Shown one piece after another: positions 46,132 to 57,347 of a stretch of DNA of 64,000 nt (position 1 is its first letter; every line of letters starts with the position of its first letter). The stretch is from positions 223,479 to 287,478 of the forward strand of contig CAWFMD010000001.1 in NCBI GenBank assembly GCA_963816975.1. The letters are read 5' to 3'. Made by a program: the position numbers and the translations under genes. A model generated the notes under the pieces. The model was not told where the DNA came from, did not search any database, and was given only the letters and a program-made list of their open reading frames with translations. Source of the stretch: an uncultured Solirubrobacterales bacterium. GTDB lineage: Bacteria > Actinomycetota > Thermoleophilia > Solirubrobacterales > JBBDJG01.

Positions 46132-47628
46132 ATGCTTGAGCAGGAGCTGAAGCTGTCGGTCGAGGGCGCGTTCGCCCCGGCGGTGCCCGCCGGCCACGAC
46201 GACATCTCGCGCATCGAGGAGCTGCCCACCCTCGATCTGCGTGCGACCTACTACGACACGCCGGACCTGCGGCTGGCCCGGAACGGGGTCACCCTGCGCA
46301 ATCGCACGGGGGAAGGGCCGGACGACGGATGGTGCGTGAAGCTGCCGGTCGGTGACGGGATCGCCGCCGGCCGCGACGAGGTGACGTTCGGCGGCGGTGC
46401 GCGCGCCGTACCGCCGGCAGCGGCGGATCTCGTGAAGGCCTTCGTCCGCTCCGCCGGCCTCACGCCGGTGGCTCGCCTGCGCACGCGCCGGCGGCGCTGG
46501 CGCCTGCACGGACCCCACGGCGTGGAACTGGCCGAGCTCGTCGACGACCGGGTGTCGGTGCTCCATCGCGGCCGCGTGGCGGAGCGGTTCCGCGAGATCG
46601 AGATCGAAGGACGCGGCATCGACCGCGCTGCGCTCGAGCGGATCGCGGCCATCGTCGCGCACGACGGCGTGACGCCCGCGGAACAGGTCCCGAAGCTGGT
46701 GAGGGCGCTCGGCGCCCGCGCGGCGGCCCCGCCCGACGTCGTGGTCCCGCAGCAGATCCGCCCCCGCGGCCCGGCGGCGGTCGCCGTGCGCGCCGCGATC
46801 GCCCGGGGGGTGCGGCGGGTCATCCTGAACGACGCGCGCACCCGCTTGGGCGAGGCCGAGCCGCTGCATCAGATGCGGGTCGGGACGCGTAGGTTGCGCA
46901 GCGACCTGCGCACGTTTCGCGAGCTCCTCGACGCCGATTGGGCACAGGCAGTGCGAGATGAGCTGCAGTGGCTCGGAACCGCGCTCGGGGAGGTGCGGGA
47001 CCTCGACGTGCTGCTGGAGCGGCTGCGCAGCGAGGGAGCGGACCTCGCACCGCACGTCGACGGGCTCTTGGAGCAGCTCGAGGCGCGCCGCGAAGTCGCG
47101 CGGGAGCGCCTCCTGGGCGTGCTGCGCTCGCCGCGCTACGTGCGCCTGCTCGACAGGCTGGTGGAGGGGGCATCCGCGCCGCCCCTGACTGCGACAGCCG
47201 ACCGGCCCGCCCGCGACGTGCTCCCAAAGCTCGCGCGCAGATCCTGGAGGAAGCTCGCACGCCGGGGCCGCGCGCTCCGTGACACGAGCCCGGACGAGCA
47301 CTTCCACGAGGTGCGCAAGCGCGCAAAGCAGGCGCGTTATGCAGCCGAGGCGATTGCTCCGGCCCTGGGCCGCAGGCGCGGCGGGGACGCCGCGCGTTTC
47401 GCGCGCCACGCCGCGGACGTCCAGGATGTGCTGGGCACATTGCAGGATGCGGTGCTCGCGCAGGAGACGATCGAGCGATTCGCGCAGGACGACTCCCTTC
47501 CCGGCGACGTCCACGTGGGCGCGGGCCGGCTGCTCGAGCGCCAGCACACCGCGCGGATCGGGGCGCGTGCGGACTTCCCCGGCAAATGGCGCAGGCTGGA
47601 CCGCCCCAGCCGGCGCCGCTGGATGTAG
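46132..47628 (+). CDS. CYTH (triphosphate tunnel metalloenzyme) plus CHAD domain protein
   Basis: N-terminal ExExK (EQELKL), then REIEIE. The CHAD region shows HQMRVGTRRLRSDLRTF and HEVRKRAKQARYAAE. Confidence 0.9.
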   Translation: MLEQELKLSVEGAFAPAVPAGHDDISRIEELPTLDLRATYYDTPDLRLARNGVTLRNRTGEGPDDGWCVKLPVGDGIAAGRDEVTFGGGARAVPPAAADLVKAFVRSAGLTPVARLRTRRRRWRLHGPHGVELAELVDDRVSVLHRGRVAERFREIEIEGRGIDRAALERIAAIVAHDGVTPAEQVPKLVRALGARAAAPPDVVVPQQIRPRGPAAVAVRAAIARGVRRVILNDARTRLGEAEPLHQMRVGTRRLRSDLRTFRELLDADWAQAVRDELQWLGTALGEVRDLDVLLERLRSEGADLAPHVDGLLEQLEARREVARERLLGVLRSPRYVRLLDRLVEGASAPPLTATADRPARDVLPKLARRSWRKLARRGRALRDTSPDEHFHEVRKRAKQARYAAEAIAPALGRRRGGDAARFARHAADVQDVLGTLQDAVLAQETIERFAQDDSLPGDVHVGAGRLLERQHTARIGARADFPGKWRRLDRPSRRRWM

Positions 47629-47656
47629 TGCAACCGGCGCGCGCGGACACGAGCTC

Positions 47657-48586
47657 ATGAGCAGGCCCCCGATCCAGGCGGCGGGCGGGATTGTGTGGCG
47701 TGTCGGGGACGGCGCGAACCCGGGGAAGGTCGAGGTGGCGATCATCCACCGGCCGCGTTACGACGACTGGAGCATCCCGAAGGGCAAGCTCGCGCCGGGA
47801 GAATCTCACCTCGAAGGGGCGATCCGGGAAGTCCACGAGGAGACCGGCTACCGCGTCCAGCCGGGCCGGTCGCTGGGCGAGGTCCGCTATCTGAAGGAAT
47901 CGGCCGGCGCGGCGCGGGAGAAGGTCGTCCACTACTGGGCGATGCGGGCGATCGGGGGTGCGTTCAGCCCCAACCGCGAGGTCGACGAGATGCGCTGGCT
48001 CACGATCGACGATGCCCGCACCATTGTCACGCGTGGAAGTGACCGCGACGTGCTGGAGCGCTTCGCGCAGCGGCCCCCGTTGACGGGCTCGGTACTGCTC
48101 GTGCGCCACGCCAGCGCCGGCAGCCGCTCGAAGTGGGACGGCGACGATCGGCTGCGCCCGCTCGACGAATGCGGTGAAGAGCAGGCCGAGGAGCTGGTGC
48201 GCCTGCTCTCGCGATTCGAGGTGGACGAGATCCGGTCCGCCGACTATGTGCGCTGCGCCGATACCGTCAGGCCGCTGAGCGAGTCGCTCGGCGTCCGTGC
48301 GACCGAGGATCCGCTGCTCGGCGAGCGGGGCTTCCCCGGGCACGAGCACGAGGCCGTGAACCTGATCCGCAAGCTCGGCAGGCCGGGGCGTGCAGCGGTG
48401 GCGTGCAGCCAGGGCGGTGTGATCGACGAGCTGGTCGAGCGCCTGGCGGACGCAGACGAGATCGAGGTGGGCGCGCCGTTCAACCTGAAGAAGGGCGGGG
48501 TCTGGGCGCTGAGCTTCGACGACCACCGGCTGGTGGGCGCCGAGCGCCTTCCGCCACCCGCGGTGAGCGCCCCCGCAGCCGATTGA
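47657..48586 (+). CDS. NUDIX hydrolase fused to a histidine-phosphatase (SixA-like) domain (MutT1-like)
   Basis: Nudix box GKLAPGESHLEGAIREVHEETGY, then LLVRHASAG (RHG-type phosphatase motif). Confidence 0.9.
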   Translation: MSRPPIQAAGGIVWRVGDGANPGKVEVAIIHRPRYDDWSIPKGKLAPGESHLEGAIREVHEETGYRVQPGRSLGEVRYLKESAGAAREKVVHYWAMRAIGGAFSPNREVDEMRWLTIDDARTIVTRGSDRDVLERFAQRPPLTGSVLLVRHASAGSRSKWDGDDRLRPLDECGEEQAEELVRLLSRFEVDEIRSADYVRCADTVRPLSESLGVRATEDPLLGERGFPGHEHEAVNLIRKLGRPGRAAVACSQGGVIDELVERLADADEIEVGAPFNLKKGGVWALSFDDHRLVGAERLPPPAVSAPAAD

Positions 48587-48640
48587 CCAAGCGCGCGGCG
48601 GCGCCTCAAGTCCACGTGCCCAGCAGTCGATGGGCTCCAC

Positions 48641-49858
48641 ATGGGAAGCGCCCCAGCCGGGCGGTCTCCGCTCGAGACGACTCGCACCCCGCCCGCGGAT
48701 GGGGCGGGCTTCGCGCTGCGCGGCCTGCTGCCGTTCCTGTTTGCGCTGGCCGCTCCCGTTTGCGCGGGGCTGTGGGCGGGTGCGCCCGCGGTCTTCACGG
48801 TCGCAACCGGGGTCGCCGTGATCGTGTGCTGGCGGCTGCACGCAAACGTGCGCCGGGCCGCGGCCGCGACCGAGCTGGCGCTGCGCGCGAGTCAGCACCG
48901 CCTGCTCGAGGAGCAGTCCACGCTGCGCCTCGTGGCGGCCGTCACCCGTGACATCGCCACCAAACCGGACGCGCGATCGAGCATCTGCGCGGCGACCGTG
49001 CAGGTCGTCGGATGCAGCTTCGCGGGCCTCTGGGAGCGCAGCGGAGACGACCGGCTGGTGCTGACCGCGTGCGACGGCGCCGACCTGAACGTGGGCGAGA
49101 TCATCCACCTCGGAAAGGAGCAGTCCGGCGCCGCGATCACGTTCCTCTCGGGCAGCCGCTTCTTCGTCCCGGACACACGCGGCCATCCAGCGGTGTCGCA
49201 GCGCATGGTCGAGCTCACGGGAGCGCACTCGGTCCTGTTCGAGCCGGTCCGCCGGGGCGATCAGGTCGTGGCAGTGCTCGCGCTCTGCTGGACGCGCGCG
49301 GTGGCAGCGCTGTCCGCGCGTGAGCAGTCGGCAGTCGCGCTGCTGGCCGCCGAGACGTCGGTCGCGGTGGAACGCAGCGACATGGTGGCCCAGCTCGCGG
49401 CGCTTGCGCGCACCGACCCCCTCACCGGCCTGGCGAACCGGCGCGTCTGGGAGGAGCGCCTACCGCTCGAGATCGCGCGCGCGCGACGCAGCGGCGAGTC
49501 GCTCTCGCTGCTGGTCATCGACCTCGACGGCTTCAAGGAGATCAACGATCGCGGCGGTCATCAGTCCGGAGACCGGGTGCTGAAGGAGGTTGCCGCTTCC
49601 TGGCGCGGTGTGGTCCGTTCCTCGGACCATCTGGCGCGGATCGGCGGCGACGAGTTCGTCGTGCTGCTGCCGGCATGTCGCGCCGCCGCCGCGGCCGGGC
49701 TCGCGGATCGCCTGCGCGACGTGATGCCGGACGATCTGACGTGCTCCGTCGGAGCGGTGGAATGGGCGGGCGACGACGCCGAGGAGTTTCTGGCCCGCGG
49801 AGACGCCGCGCTTTACGCCGCGAAGGCGGAGGGGCGCGACCGCACCACGGTGCGGTAG
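48641..49858 (+). CDS. Membrane-anchored GAF-GGDEF diguanylate cyclase
   Basis: Two N-terminal TM helices and a GAF-like middle region. GGDEF is intact, and an RSSD I-site lies 5 residues upstream. Confidence 0.9.
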   Translation: MGSAPAGRSPLETTRTPPADGAGFALRGLLPFLFALAAPVCAGLWAGAPAVFTVATGVAVIVCWRLHANVRRAAAATELALRASQHRLLEEQSTLRLVAAVTRDIATKPDARSSICAATVQVVGCSFAGLWERSGDDRLVLTACDGADLNVGEIIHLGKEQSGAAITFLSGSRFFVPDTRGHPAVSQRMVELTGAHSVLFEPVRRGDQVVAVLALCWTRAVAALSAREQSAVALLAAETSVAVERSDMVAQLAALARTDPLTGLANRRVWEERLPLEIARARRSGESLSLLVIDLDGFKEINDRGGHQSGDRVLKEVAASWRGVVRSSDHLARIGGDEFVVLLPACRAAAAAGLADRLRDVMPDDLTCSVGAVEWAGDDAEEFLARGDAALYAAKAEGRDRTTVR

Positions 49859-49861
49859 CGG

Positions 49862-50557
49862 CTACGCAGCTACTCCGCCGGGCCGCGAGGCATCGGTGAA
49901 CTCGCGGAACTCACCCGAGATCACGAAGGCGATCTGCTCGCCGATGTCGACGGTGTGATCGCCGATGCGCTCGATGTAGCGGGCGATCAGCATCACGTGC
50001 GCGGCCCACTCACGGGAATGTGGATCGCTGCCCCCGGCCTCGACCGCCTCCTGGAAGATCTGGCGGTTGAGCGAGTCGATCACGTCGTCCTGGCTGACGA
50101 GATTCTCGGCCAGGTTCACGTTGCGCTGCTCGAACGCGATCTGGGCCTGCTTGAGCTGGTCGCGGGCCTGGTTGCCCGCTGCCTCGAGCTTCGGCATGAT
50201 CTCGCCGATCTCGCTTGGCGCCTCGCCCATCAGCGGCACGAGCTTTGCGATGTTGACGGCCAGGTCACCGACGCGCTCGATGTGCATGATCGTGTGCAGC
50301 AGCGCCGCCACGAGCCGCAGGTCACTGGCCACCGGGCTCTGCCGTGCGAGCAGGCTGAGGATGCCCTGGTGCACGTCGAGGTAGCGGCCGTCGATGCGGT
50401 CGTCGCCCTCGATCACCATCACGGCCAGCTCGGTGTCGCGGTTGATGACCGCCTCGATGGCCTGGTCGAGCGCCGCGCCCGCGAGGTCGATGGTGGACAG
50501 CGCCTCCTCTTCCAGCTCGCGCAGCTGCTCGTGGAACTCGATCCGGACCTCGGCCAC
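49862..50557 (-). CDS. phoU: Phosphate signalling complex protein PhoU
   Basis: Two PhoU repeats with the E(R)(V/I)GD motifs MHIERVGDLAVNIAK and ARYIERIGDHTVDIGE. GTG overlaps the pstB stop. Confidence 0.95.
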   Translation of the reverse strand: MAEVRIEFHEQLRELEEEALSTIDLAGAALDQAIEAVINRDTELAVMVIEGDDRIDGRYLDVHQGILSLLARQSPVASDLRLVAALLHTIMHIERVGDLAVNIAKLVPLMGEAPSEIGEIMPKLEAAGNQARDQLKQAQIAFEQRNVNLAENLVSQDDVIDSLNRQIFQEAVEAGGSDPHSREWAAHVMLIARYIERIGDHTVDIGEQIAFVISGEFREFTDASRPGGVAA

Positions 50558-51456
50558 TAACCCACTCTCCCCGTCACGTACTCCTCCGTGCGCTTGTTGT
50601 CGGGGTTCGTGAAGATCTTGTCGGTCTCGGCGTACTCGACGATGTGGCCGATCGTCACATCTCCGTCACGCACCTCGGGCATCAACACGGCGGTCATGTC
50701 CGAGACGCGCGCCGCCTGCTGCATGTTGTGCGTGACGATCACGATCGAGTACCGGTCCTTCAGCTCCAGCATCAGGTCCTCGATCTTGGCGGTGGCGATC
50801 GGGTCGAGCGCCGAGCACGGCTCGTCCATCAGGATCACATCGGGCTCCACCGCGAGGCAGCGCGCGATGCACAGGCGCTGCTGCTGTCCGCCGGACAGCT
50901 GGTACGCGTTCTCCTTGAGACGGTCCTTGACCTCGTCCCACAAGGCGGCGCGGGTCAGCGCGCGCTCCACGATCGCGTCCATGTCGCCTGGCATGCCGAT
51001 CACCCTGGGACCGAAGGCGATGTTGTCGTAGATCGACTTCGGGAACGGGTTGGGCTTTTGGAAGACCATGCCGATCAGCTTGCGCACCTCGACGGGATCG
51101 ACGCCGGTGCCGTACAGGTCCTGTCCGTGGTACAGGATCGACCCGTCCACGGTGGCGCCGGTGATCAGGTCGTTCATGCGGTTGAAGCAGCGGATCAGGG
51201 TGCTCTTGCCACAGCCGGACGGTCCGATCAGCGCGGTGATCCGGTTGCGCCCGATGTCGAGGGTGATGTTGCGCACGGCCGGCGTGCCGTTGTACGCGAC
51301 CCCGACCTCGCGGACCTCGAAGATCGGCTCGGCGCGGCCCAGCGGCTGGTCCCCGCGCCTGCGGGTCTCGATGTGGGTGGTCGGATGGTCCTCGCGCTTG
51401 GACACCTGGTGTGCGGTCTGCTCCTGGGGTGGTTCGGTCATCTGTTCAGTCGGCAT
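50557..51456 (-). CDS. pstB: Phosphate ABC transporter ATP-binding protein
   Basis: Walker [10 protein letters not shown], signature LSGGQQQR and Walker B ILMDEP. An N-terminal extension of about 45 aa is present. Confidence 0.95.
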   Translation of the reverse strand: MPTEQMTEPPQEQTAHQVSKREDHPTTHIETRRRGDQPLGRAEPIFEVREVGVAYNGTPAVRNITLDIGRNRITALIGPSGCGKSTLIRCFNRMNDLITGATVDGSILYHGQDLYGTGVDPVEVRKLIGMVFQKPNPFPKSIYDNIAFGPRVIGMPGDMDAIVERALTRAALWDEVKDRLKENAYQLSGGQQQRLCIARCLAVEPDVILMDEPCSALDPIATAKIEDLMLELKDRYSIVIVTHNMQQAARVSDMTAVLMPEVRDGDVTIGHIVEYAETDKIFTNPDNKRTEEYVTGRVG

Positions 51457-51458
51457 CT

Positions 51459-52382
51459 TTACCACCTGCGTTGATACTTGTTCCTCAGCCATATGGCAAA
51501 GGCGTTCATTGTCAGCAGCAGAGCCAGCAGCACCAGGATCGCCGCGGCGGCCAGGAGCTTGAAGTCCGTTTGCGGCCGGGTCGTCCAGTTGAAGATCTGG
51601 ATGGGCAGCGCCGTGAACTGGTCGGTCAACCCCGAGGGGTTGAACGGGACGAACACGATCGCGCCGATCAGGATCAGCGGCGCCGTCTCGCCGATTGCGC
51701 GGGACAGCGCGAGGATCGAGCCCGTCGCGATCCCGGGGATCGCGGAAGGCAGCACCTGCCGCCAGATCGTCTGCCAGCGCGTCGCGCCGAGCGCGAGCGC
51801 GCCCTCGCGGATCGAGGGCGGCACCGCGCGGATGGCCTCGCGCGAGGCGATGATCACGATCGGCAGCACGAGCAGCGCCAGGGTGAGCGCGCCGGCCAGC
51901 AGCGCGCGGCCCAGCCCGATCGGCCCTCGCACCAGGAACGCCAGCCCCAGGATCCCGTACACGATCGAGGGCACGGCAGCGAGGTTCTGGATGTTGAGCT
52001 CGATCGCGCGGTTCCACCAGCGCTGGCGATCGGCGTACTCCTCCAGGTAGAGGGCGGCGCCCACCCCGATCGGGACGGTGATCAGCGCCACCAGGACCAT
52101 CAGGTAGATGGTGCCCACCAGCGGCGACTGGATCCCGGCCCGGCTCGGCAGCGAGGACGGGAACGATGTCACGAAGTCCCAGCTGAGCTTCCCGAGGCCG
52201 TCCGAGGCCACCGTGATCAGGAGGATGATCAGGGTCGCGAAACCGATCAGCAAGCTGAAGATCAGCACGCCCTTGAACATGGCCCCCGTCACACGGTCGC
52301 GCTGGGAGGCGGCGCCCACGAACCGCGCGCCGCCGTCCCCGGGAGCCGGGGCCGGCTGATACCGGAATCCGCCGAAGGTCAC
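51459..52382 (-). CDS. pstA: Phosphate ABC transporter permease PstA
   Basis: Polytopic, with the EAA-type loop [17 protein letters not shown] overlap with pstC. Confidence 0.95.
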   Translation of the reverse strand: MTFGGFRYQPAPAPGDGGARFVGAASQRDRVTGAMFKGVLIFSLLIGFATLIILLITVASDGLGKLSWDFVTSFPSSLPSRAGIQSPLVGTIYLMVLVALITVPIGVGAALYLEEYADRQRWWNRAIELNIQNLAAVPSIVYGILGLAFLVRGPIGLGRALLAGALTLALLVLPIVIIASREAIRAVPPSIREGALALGATRWQTIWRQVLPSAIPGIATGSILALSRAIGETAPLILIGAIVFVPFNPSGLTDQFTALPIQIFNWTTRPQTDFKLLAAAAILVLLALLLTMNAFAIWLRNKYQRRW

Positions 52383-53326
52383 TCGTACACCTCGCGGTAC
52401 TTGCGCACCAGCCGGATGCTGACCACGTTCATGAGCAGCGTCGCGACGAACAGCGTGGCGCCGACGGCAAAGATCGTCTTGTACTCGACGCTGCCGGTCG
52501 GTACGTCACCGATGCCGACCTGCGCGATGTATGCGGTCATCGTCTGGATCGACTCCAGCGGATTGAACGTCAGCTTCGCCTGCTGACCGGCCGCGATCGC
52601 GACGATCATGGTCTCCCCGACGGCGCGCGAGACTCCCAGCACGAACGAGGCCACGATTCCCGACAAGGCGGCGGGCACCACGACGCGGGTGGAGACCTGC
52701 AGCTTCGAGGCGCCCAGCCCGTACGCCCCTTCACGCAGCGACATGGGCACGGCCGCCATCGCGTCGTCGGACAGTGACGCGACCGTGGGCAGGATCATCA
52801 CGCCCATCACGAGACCGGCGGCCAGGGCGTTGAACACCGTCACGTCGATGCCGATGTCCTGCAGGAACGGCGTGACCGCGGTCAGCGCGAAGTACCCATA
52901 GACCACGGTGGGAATGCCGGCGAGCACCTCGAGCGCGGGCTTCAGCCAGCGCCGGGCGGCCGGGCTGGCGTACTCCGACATGTAGATGGCGGCGCCCAAC
53001 CCGAACGGGATTGCGACCAGGCAGGCCCACAGCGTCGTGCTCAGCGTCCCGGCGACCAGCGGCAGGACGCCGAAGCTGGAGGGCGTGAACAGCGGGGACC
53101 ACTCCGTGCCGGTGAAGAACTCCCCGAGGCTCACTTGCTGGAAGAACTCGATCGCCGGTTGTGCCAGCGCGATCACGATGCCGATCGTGGTGAGGACCGA
53201 TACGGCGGCGCACGCCAGCAGCACGTACTTGATCGCGCGCTCGCCGTAGCGGGACCGCGAAACCGTCAGCCGGCGCGCAGGTGGCGCGCCGGCTGACGGT
53301 GCCTGGGCTGTGGTCGCAGCCTCCAA
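52379..53326 (-). CDS. pstC: Phosphate ABC transporter permease PstC
   Basis: Polytopic, with [17 protein letters not shown] start 8 nt after the pstS stop. Confidence 0.95.
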   Translation of the reverse strand: MEAATTAQAPSAGAPPARRLTVSRSRYGERAIKYVLLACAAVSVLTTIGIVIALAQPAIEFFQQVSLGEFFTGTEWSPLFTPSSFGVLPLVAGTLSTTLWACLVAIPFGLGAAIYMSEYASPAARRWLKPALEVLAGIPTVVYGYFALTAVTPFLQDIGIDVTVFNALAAGLVMGVMILPTVASLSDDAMAAVPMSLREGAYGLGASKLQVSTRVVVPAALSGIVASFVLGVSRAVGETMIVAIAAGQQAKLTFNPLESIQTMTAYIAQVGIGDVPTGSVEYKTIFAVGATLFVATLLMNVVSIRLVRKYREVYE

Positions 53327-53334
53327 CTGTGGTC

Positions 53335-54273
<939 letters not shown>

Positions 54274-54336
54274 GCGCGCCCTCCTTTTGTCGTTTGACTC
54301 GTACACGCCATGCCAGGGTGGCGGGACGTCGAGAGA

Positions 54337-54380
54337 GGCTGGTTAAGACCGCGTGTCCGGCATGTGAAAATCCTGTGAAA
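54337..54380 (-). promoter_or_regulatory. PHO-box-like array (4 units, 11-nt phase) upstream of pstS
   Basis: The pstS-sense strand reads TTTCACAggat, TTTCACAtgcc, GGACACgcggt and CTTAACcagcc, 64-107 nt upstream of the GTG start. Confidence 0.5.
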
Positions 54381-54430
54381 CGACAATCCGCAGCAGGTTT
54401 GCCGGCAGATCCGCCTCTAGACTGGCCCCA

Positions 54431-55240
54431 GTGGAACCGCTCGAAAGCGTTCCGATGGGTAACTCCGACGCGGCGCCGCCCAGCGCGGCTCCCGCGGCTG
54501 TCCGGCTCGCGATCATCGACTCGGACAGCGGGTTCGTGCGCGTCCTGGCCAAGCGGATCGGCGCCGTCGGCTGGCGGGCGCAGGTGCTCGGCAGCGCACC
54601 GCCGATCGAAGAGGTGCAGGCGATGCGCCAGCACGCAATCGTGATCGACACCGCGATGCTGGGCTCGGAGGCGTGGACGTACCTCGGGCGCCTGTGCGCA
54701 TCCTCCGCCAGCCAGGCGATCGTGGTCTGTACGGGCCCCACCTCCGTCGCCCAGCGAGTGCGCGGGCTGCGACTGGGCGCGGACGACTGGGTGACCAAGC
54801 CGTGTCACCCCGAGGAGGTGCTGGCGCGGGTCGAGGGCGCGCTGCGCGCGCGCCAGGCCGGCGCCACGACGGCCGAGTCCACGGCCCCGGTGGTGGCGGG
54901 CGAGCTGGAGATCCGGCCCGACATGTTCGAGGCCTTCGTGGGCGGGCGGTCCCTTGGCCTGACCCGCAGGGAGTTCGAGCTGCTTGTGCTGCTGGCGGGC
55001 TCGCAGGGTCGCGTGATCCCGCGCGAGCGGATCTATGAGCGGGTGTGGGGCTACCAGATGGCTCACGGCGACCGCTCCGTCGACGTGTTCGTGCGCAAGC
55101 TGCGGCGCAAGCTCGAGGCTGCGTCGCCCGGCTGGCGGTACGTGCACACGCATTTCGGGGTCGGGTACCGGTTCGACGCGCACGAGGCCGACGCCGAGCC
55201 GGAGCCGCCCGCGCCCTCTGCTAGCTTGCCACCGGCCTGA
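54431..55240 (+). CDS. OmpR/PhoB-family response regulator, orphan (no cognate kinase nearby)
   Basis: The receiver retains Asp (VIDTAM), Thr (VVCTG) and Lys (DDWVTKP). The C-terminal wHTH reads LTRREFELLVLLA...DRSVDVFVRKLRRKL...HTHFGVGYRF. Start is GTG 54431 or ATG 54455. Confidence 0.85.
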   Translation: MEPLESVPMGNSDAAPPSAAPAAVRLAIIDSDSGFVRVLAKRIGAVGWRAQVLGSAPPIEEVQAMRQHAIVIDTAMLGSEAWTYLGRLCASSASQAIVVCTGPTSVAQRVRGLRLGADDWVTKPCHPEEVLARVEGALRARQAGATTAESTAPVVAGELEIRPDMFEAFVGGRSLGLTRREFELLVLLAGSQGRVIPRERIYERVWGYQMAHGDRSVDVFVRKLRRKLEAASPGWRYVHTHFGVGYRFDAHEADAEPEPPAPSASLPPA

Positions 55241-55265
55241 GGGTTACCCCCCGCGGCTGCCGCCG

Positions 55266-55886
55266 ATGGCCCGACTCAGCCTCGTTCCAAAAGACCGCGA
55301 ATTCTTCCGCCTGTTCGACGAGGCGGGAGCCAACATCCTGCGCGCCGCGCAGCTGCTGGACCAGCTGATGAAGTCGTGGCCCGAGGCCGGCGGGCTGGGC
55401 CGGGACATCCTGATCTGCGAGCAGGAAGGCGACCGGATCACCCACGACATCATCCACCGTCTGAACAGCACGTCGGTGACACCCATCGACCGCGAGGACA
55501 TCTTCTCGCTCGCGTCCGCGCTGGACGACGTGGTCGACTTCACGGAGGAGGCCGCCGACTTCATGGGCCTCTACAACATCGAGGCCCCGATGGAGCAGGC
55601 GCAGCTGCTCACCCGCATCCTCGAGGAAGCTTGCCGCAACATTGCGCAGGCCCTCACCCGGTTGCGTGGGTTCCAGGACATCAACCACTATCTGGTCGAA
55701 GTCAACAGGCTCGAGAACGAGGGCGACCGGATCACGCGCGAGGCGCTGGCCTCGCTGTTCAAGGGCGGCATCGATCCGATGGTCGTGATTCGCTGGAAGG
55801 ACATCTTCGACCGCCTCGAAGATGCGATCGACTCCTGTGAGAAGGTCGCCAACATTCTCGAGGGCATCGTCGTGAAGCACACCTGA
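55266..55886 (+). CDS. DUF47/PhoU-like phosphate transport regulator (Pit accessory, YkaA-like)
   Basis: FFRLFDEAGANI...CEQEGDRITHDI...LENEGDRITREAL...WKDIFDRLEDAIDSCEKVAN. Confidence 0.9.
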   Translation: MARLSLVPKDREFFRLFDEAGANILRAAQLLDQLMKSWPEAGGLGRDILICEQEGDRITHDIIHRLNSTSVTPIDREDIFSLASALDDVVDFTEEAADFMGLYNIEAPMEQAQLLTRILEEACRNIAQALTRLRGFQDINHYLVEVNRLENEGDRITREALASLFKGGIDPMVVIRWKDIFDRLEDAIDSCEKVANILEGIVVKHT

Positions 55887-55947
55887 GCGCCGCGTCCCGG
55901 GTCACCGGGAGCGCGATCGGGCATAACACACATTCGAAGAGAGGGCA

Positions 55948-57081
55948 ATGGACAGCGACCTTGTGCTTGTCATCGTCGTCGTGACCGCGCTCGCGTTCGA
56001 CTTCACGAACGGGTTCCACGACACCGCGAACGTGGTCGCGACAGGGATCTCCACTCGCGCCGTTCCGCCCCGCGTGGCGGTCGCGGGTGCCGCCGTGCTC
56101 AACTTCGTGGGGGCGTTCATCTCGCTGGAGGTGGCCGCCACGGTCGCGAAGGGAATCGTGGACGCCGATCTGATCACGCCCACGATCGTGTTCGCCGGCC
56201 TGATCGGAGCGATCGCGTGGAACCTGATCACCTGGTGGTACGGGCTGCCCTCCAGCTCCTCGCACGCCCTGATCGGCGGCGTGGTCGGCGCCGCGCTGGT
56301 CGCCGGAGGCACGGGGGCGGTGATCGGTGACGGGCTGGTCGGGAAGGTGATGATCCCGGCTCTGATCGCGCCGACCCTGGCGTTCGTGGCCGCGGGGCTC
56401 GCGATCCTCTGCGCGTACTCGATCATCGGCCGGTTGCGCCCCGCGGCGGTGAACCGCGGGTTCCGGTCAGGGCAGATCATCTCGGGCGGTCTGCTGGCCC
56501 TCTCGCACGGCACCAACGACGCGCAGAAGACGATGGGGATCATCACGCTGGCGCTGATCGCGAACGGGAACATCGCCGCGGACGACTTCCACGTCCCGAC
56601 CTGGGTCGTGATCGCATCGGCGACCGCGATTGCGCTCGGCACTTACGCCGGCGGCTGGCGCATCATCCGCACGCTCGGCACCCGCATCATCAAGATGGAT
56701 CCTGCCCAAGGATTCGCCGCGCAGAGTGCGGGCGCAACAGTGATCCTCGCCTCGTCGCACTTCGGCTACCCGCTCTCCACGACGCACACCATCTCGGGCG
56801 CAGTGATGGGTGCGGGTGCCGCGAAGCGGCTTTCGGCAGTGCGCTGGGGCGTGGCCGGCAACATCGTGATGGCCTGGCTGCTCACGGTCCCGGCCGCAGG
56901 GGCGATCGGTGGCCTGGCCTACGGGGTCACGCGGATATTCGGCACCGGTGCGCTCGGGCCGGTCGTCGTGTCGGTGCTCGCGATCGGCCTGATCGCAGCG
57001 ATCTTCGGCCACCGCGCCCAGACGGTGATGGAGGCTGCCGCGCCGGCGCCGCGGGCCGACCTCAGTGAGTCCCCGTCGTGA
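55948..57081 (+). CDS. pit: Inorganic phosphate transporter (PiT/PHO4 family)
   Basis: GFHDTAN and GTNDAQK signature pair. Polytopic. Confidence 0.95.
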   Translation: MDSDLVLVIVVVTALAFDFTNGFHDTANVVATGISTRAVPPRVAVAGAAVLNFVGAFISLEVAATVAKGIVDADLITPTIVFAGLIGAIAWNLITWWYGLPSSSSHALIGGVVGAALVAGGTGAVIGDGLVGKVMIPALIAPTLAFVAAGLAILCAYSIIGRLRPAAVNRGFRSGQIISGGLLALSHGTNDAQKTMGIITLALIANGNIAADDFHVPTWVVIASATAIALGTYAGGWRIIRTLGTRIIKMDPAQGFAAQSAGATVILASSHFGYPLSTTHTISGAVMGAGAAKRLSAVRWGVAGNIVMAWLLTVPAAGAIGGLAYGVTRIFGTGALGPVVVSVLAIGLIAAIFGHRAQTVMEAAAPAPRADLSESPS

Positions 57082-57320
57082 TCCTCGCCACCGTGGTCGA
57101 CTGGGAGGCTCTGCTCGACGTCGTCCTGGCATCGCTGGTCGCGGTGATCGGGGTGACGATCATGTTCTCGCTCGCGATCTACGGAGCGACTCGCTTCGCG
57201 GAGGTGCGGCGCGAGTATCACGGCGCCGGGGCGGTCGGCTATGCGGCGCTGACGGCCGTCGGCCTCGCCGTCACGGCGGCCGCCGTGGCCTTTGGGCTCT
57301 TCGAGATGCTCTCGAAGTAG
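57078..57320 (+). CDS. Small membrane protein (80 aa)
   Basis: GTGA overlap with the pit stop. Two hydrophobic helices. Confidence 0.55.
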   Translation: MILATVVDWEALLDVVLASLVAVIGVTIMFSLAIYGATRFAEVRREYHGAGAVGYAALTAVGLAVTAAAVAFGLFEMLSK

Positions 57321-57347
57321 GCGGCGGCGCGGCCTACAATCCCCGTA

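Noticed and set aside
43949-49228. Very long minus-strand ORFs (718, 621 and 802 aa) opposite ppk1, the CYTH-CHAD gene, the NUDIX fusion gene and the 5' end of the GGDEF gene
   Set aside because: They mirror strongly supported plus-strand genes and have low-complexity Arg/Ala/Gly/Pro content with no domain signatures. They are typical high-GC antisense ORFs.
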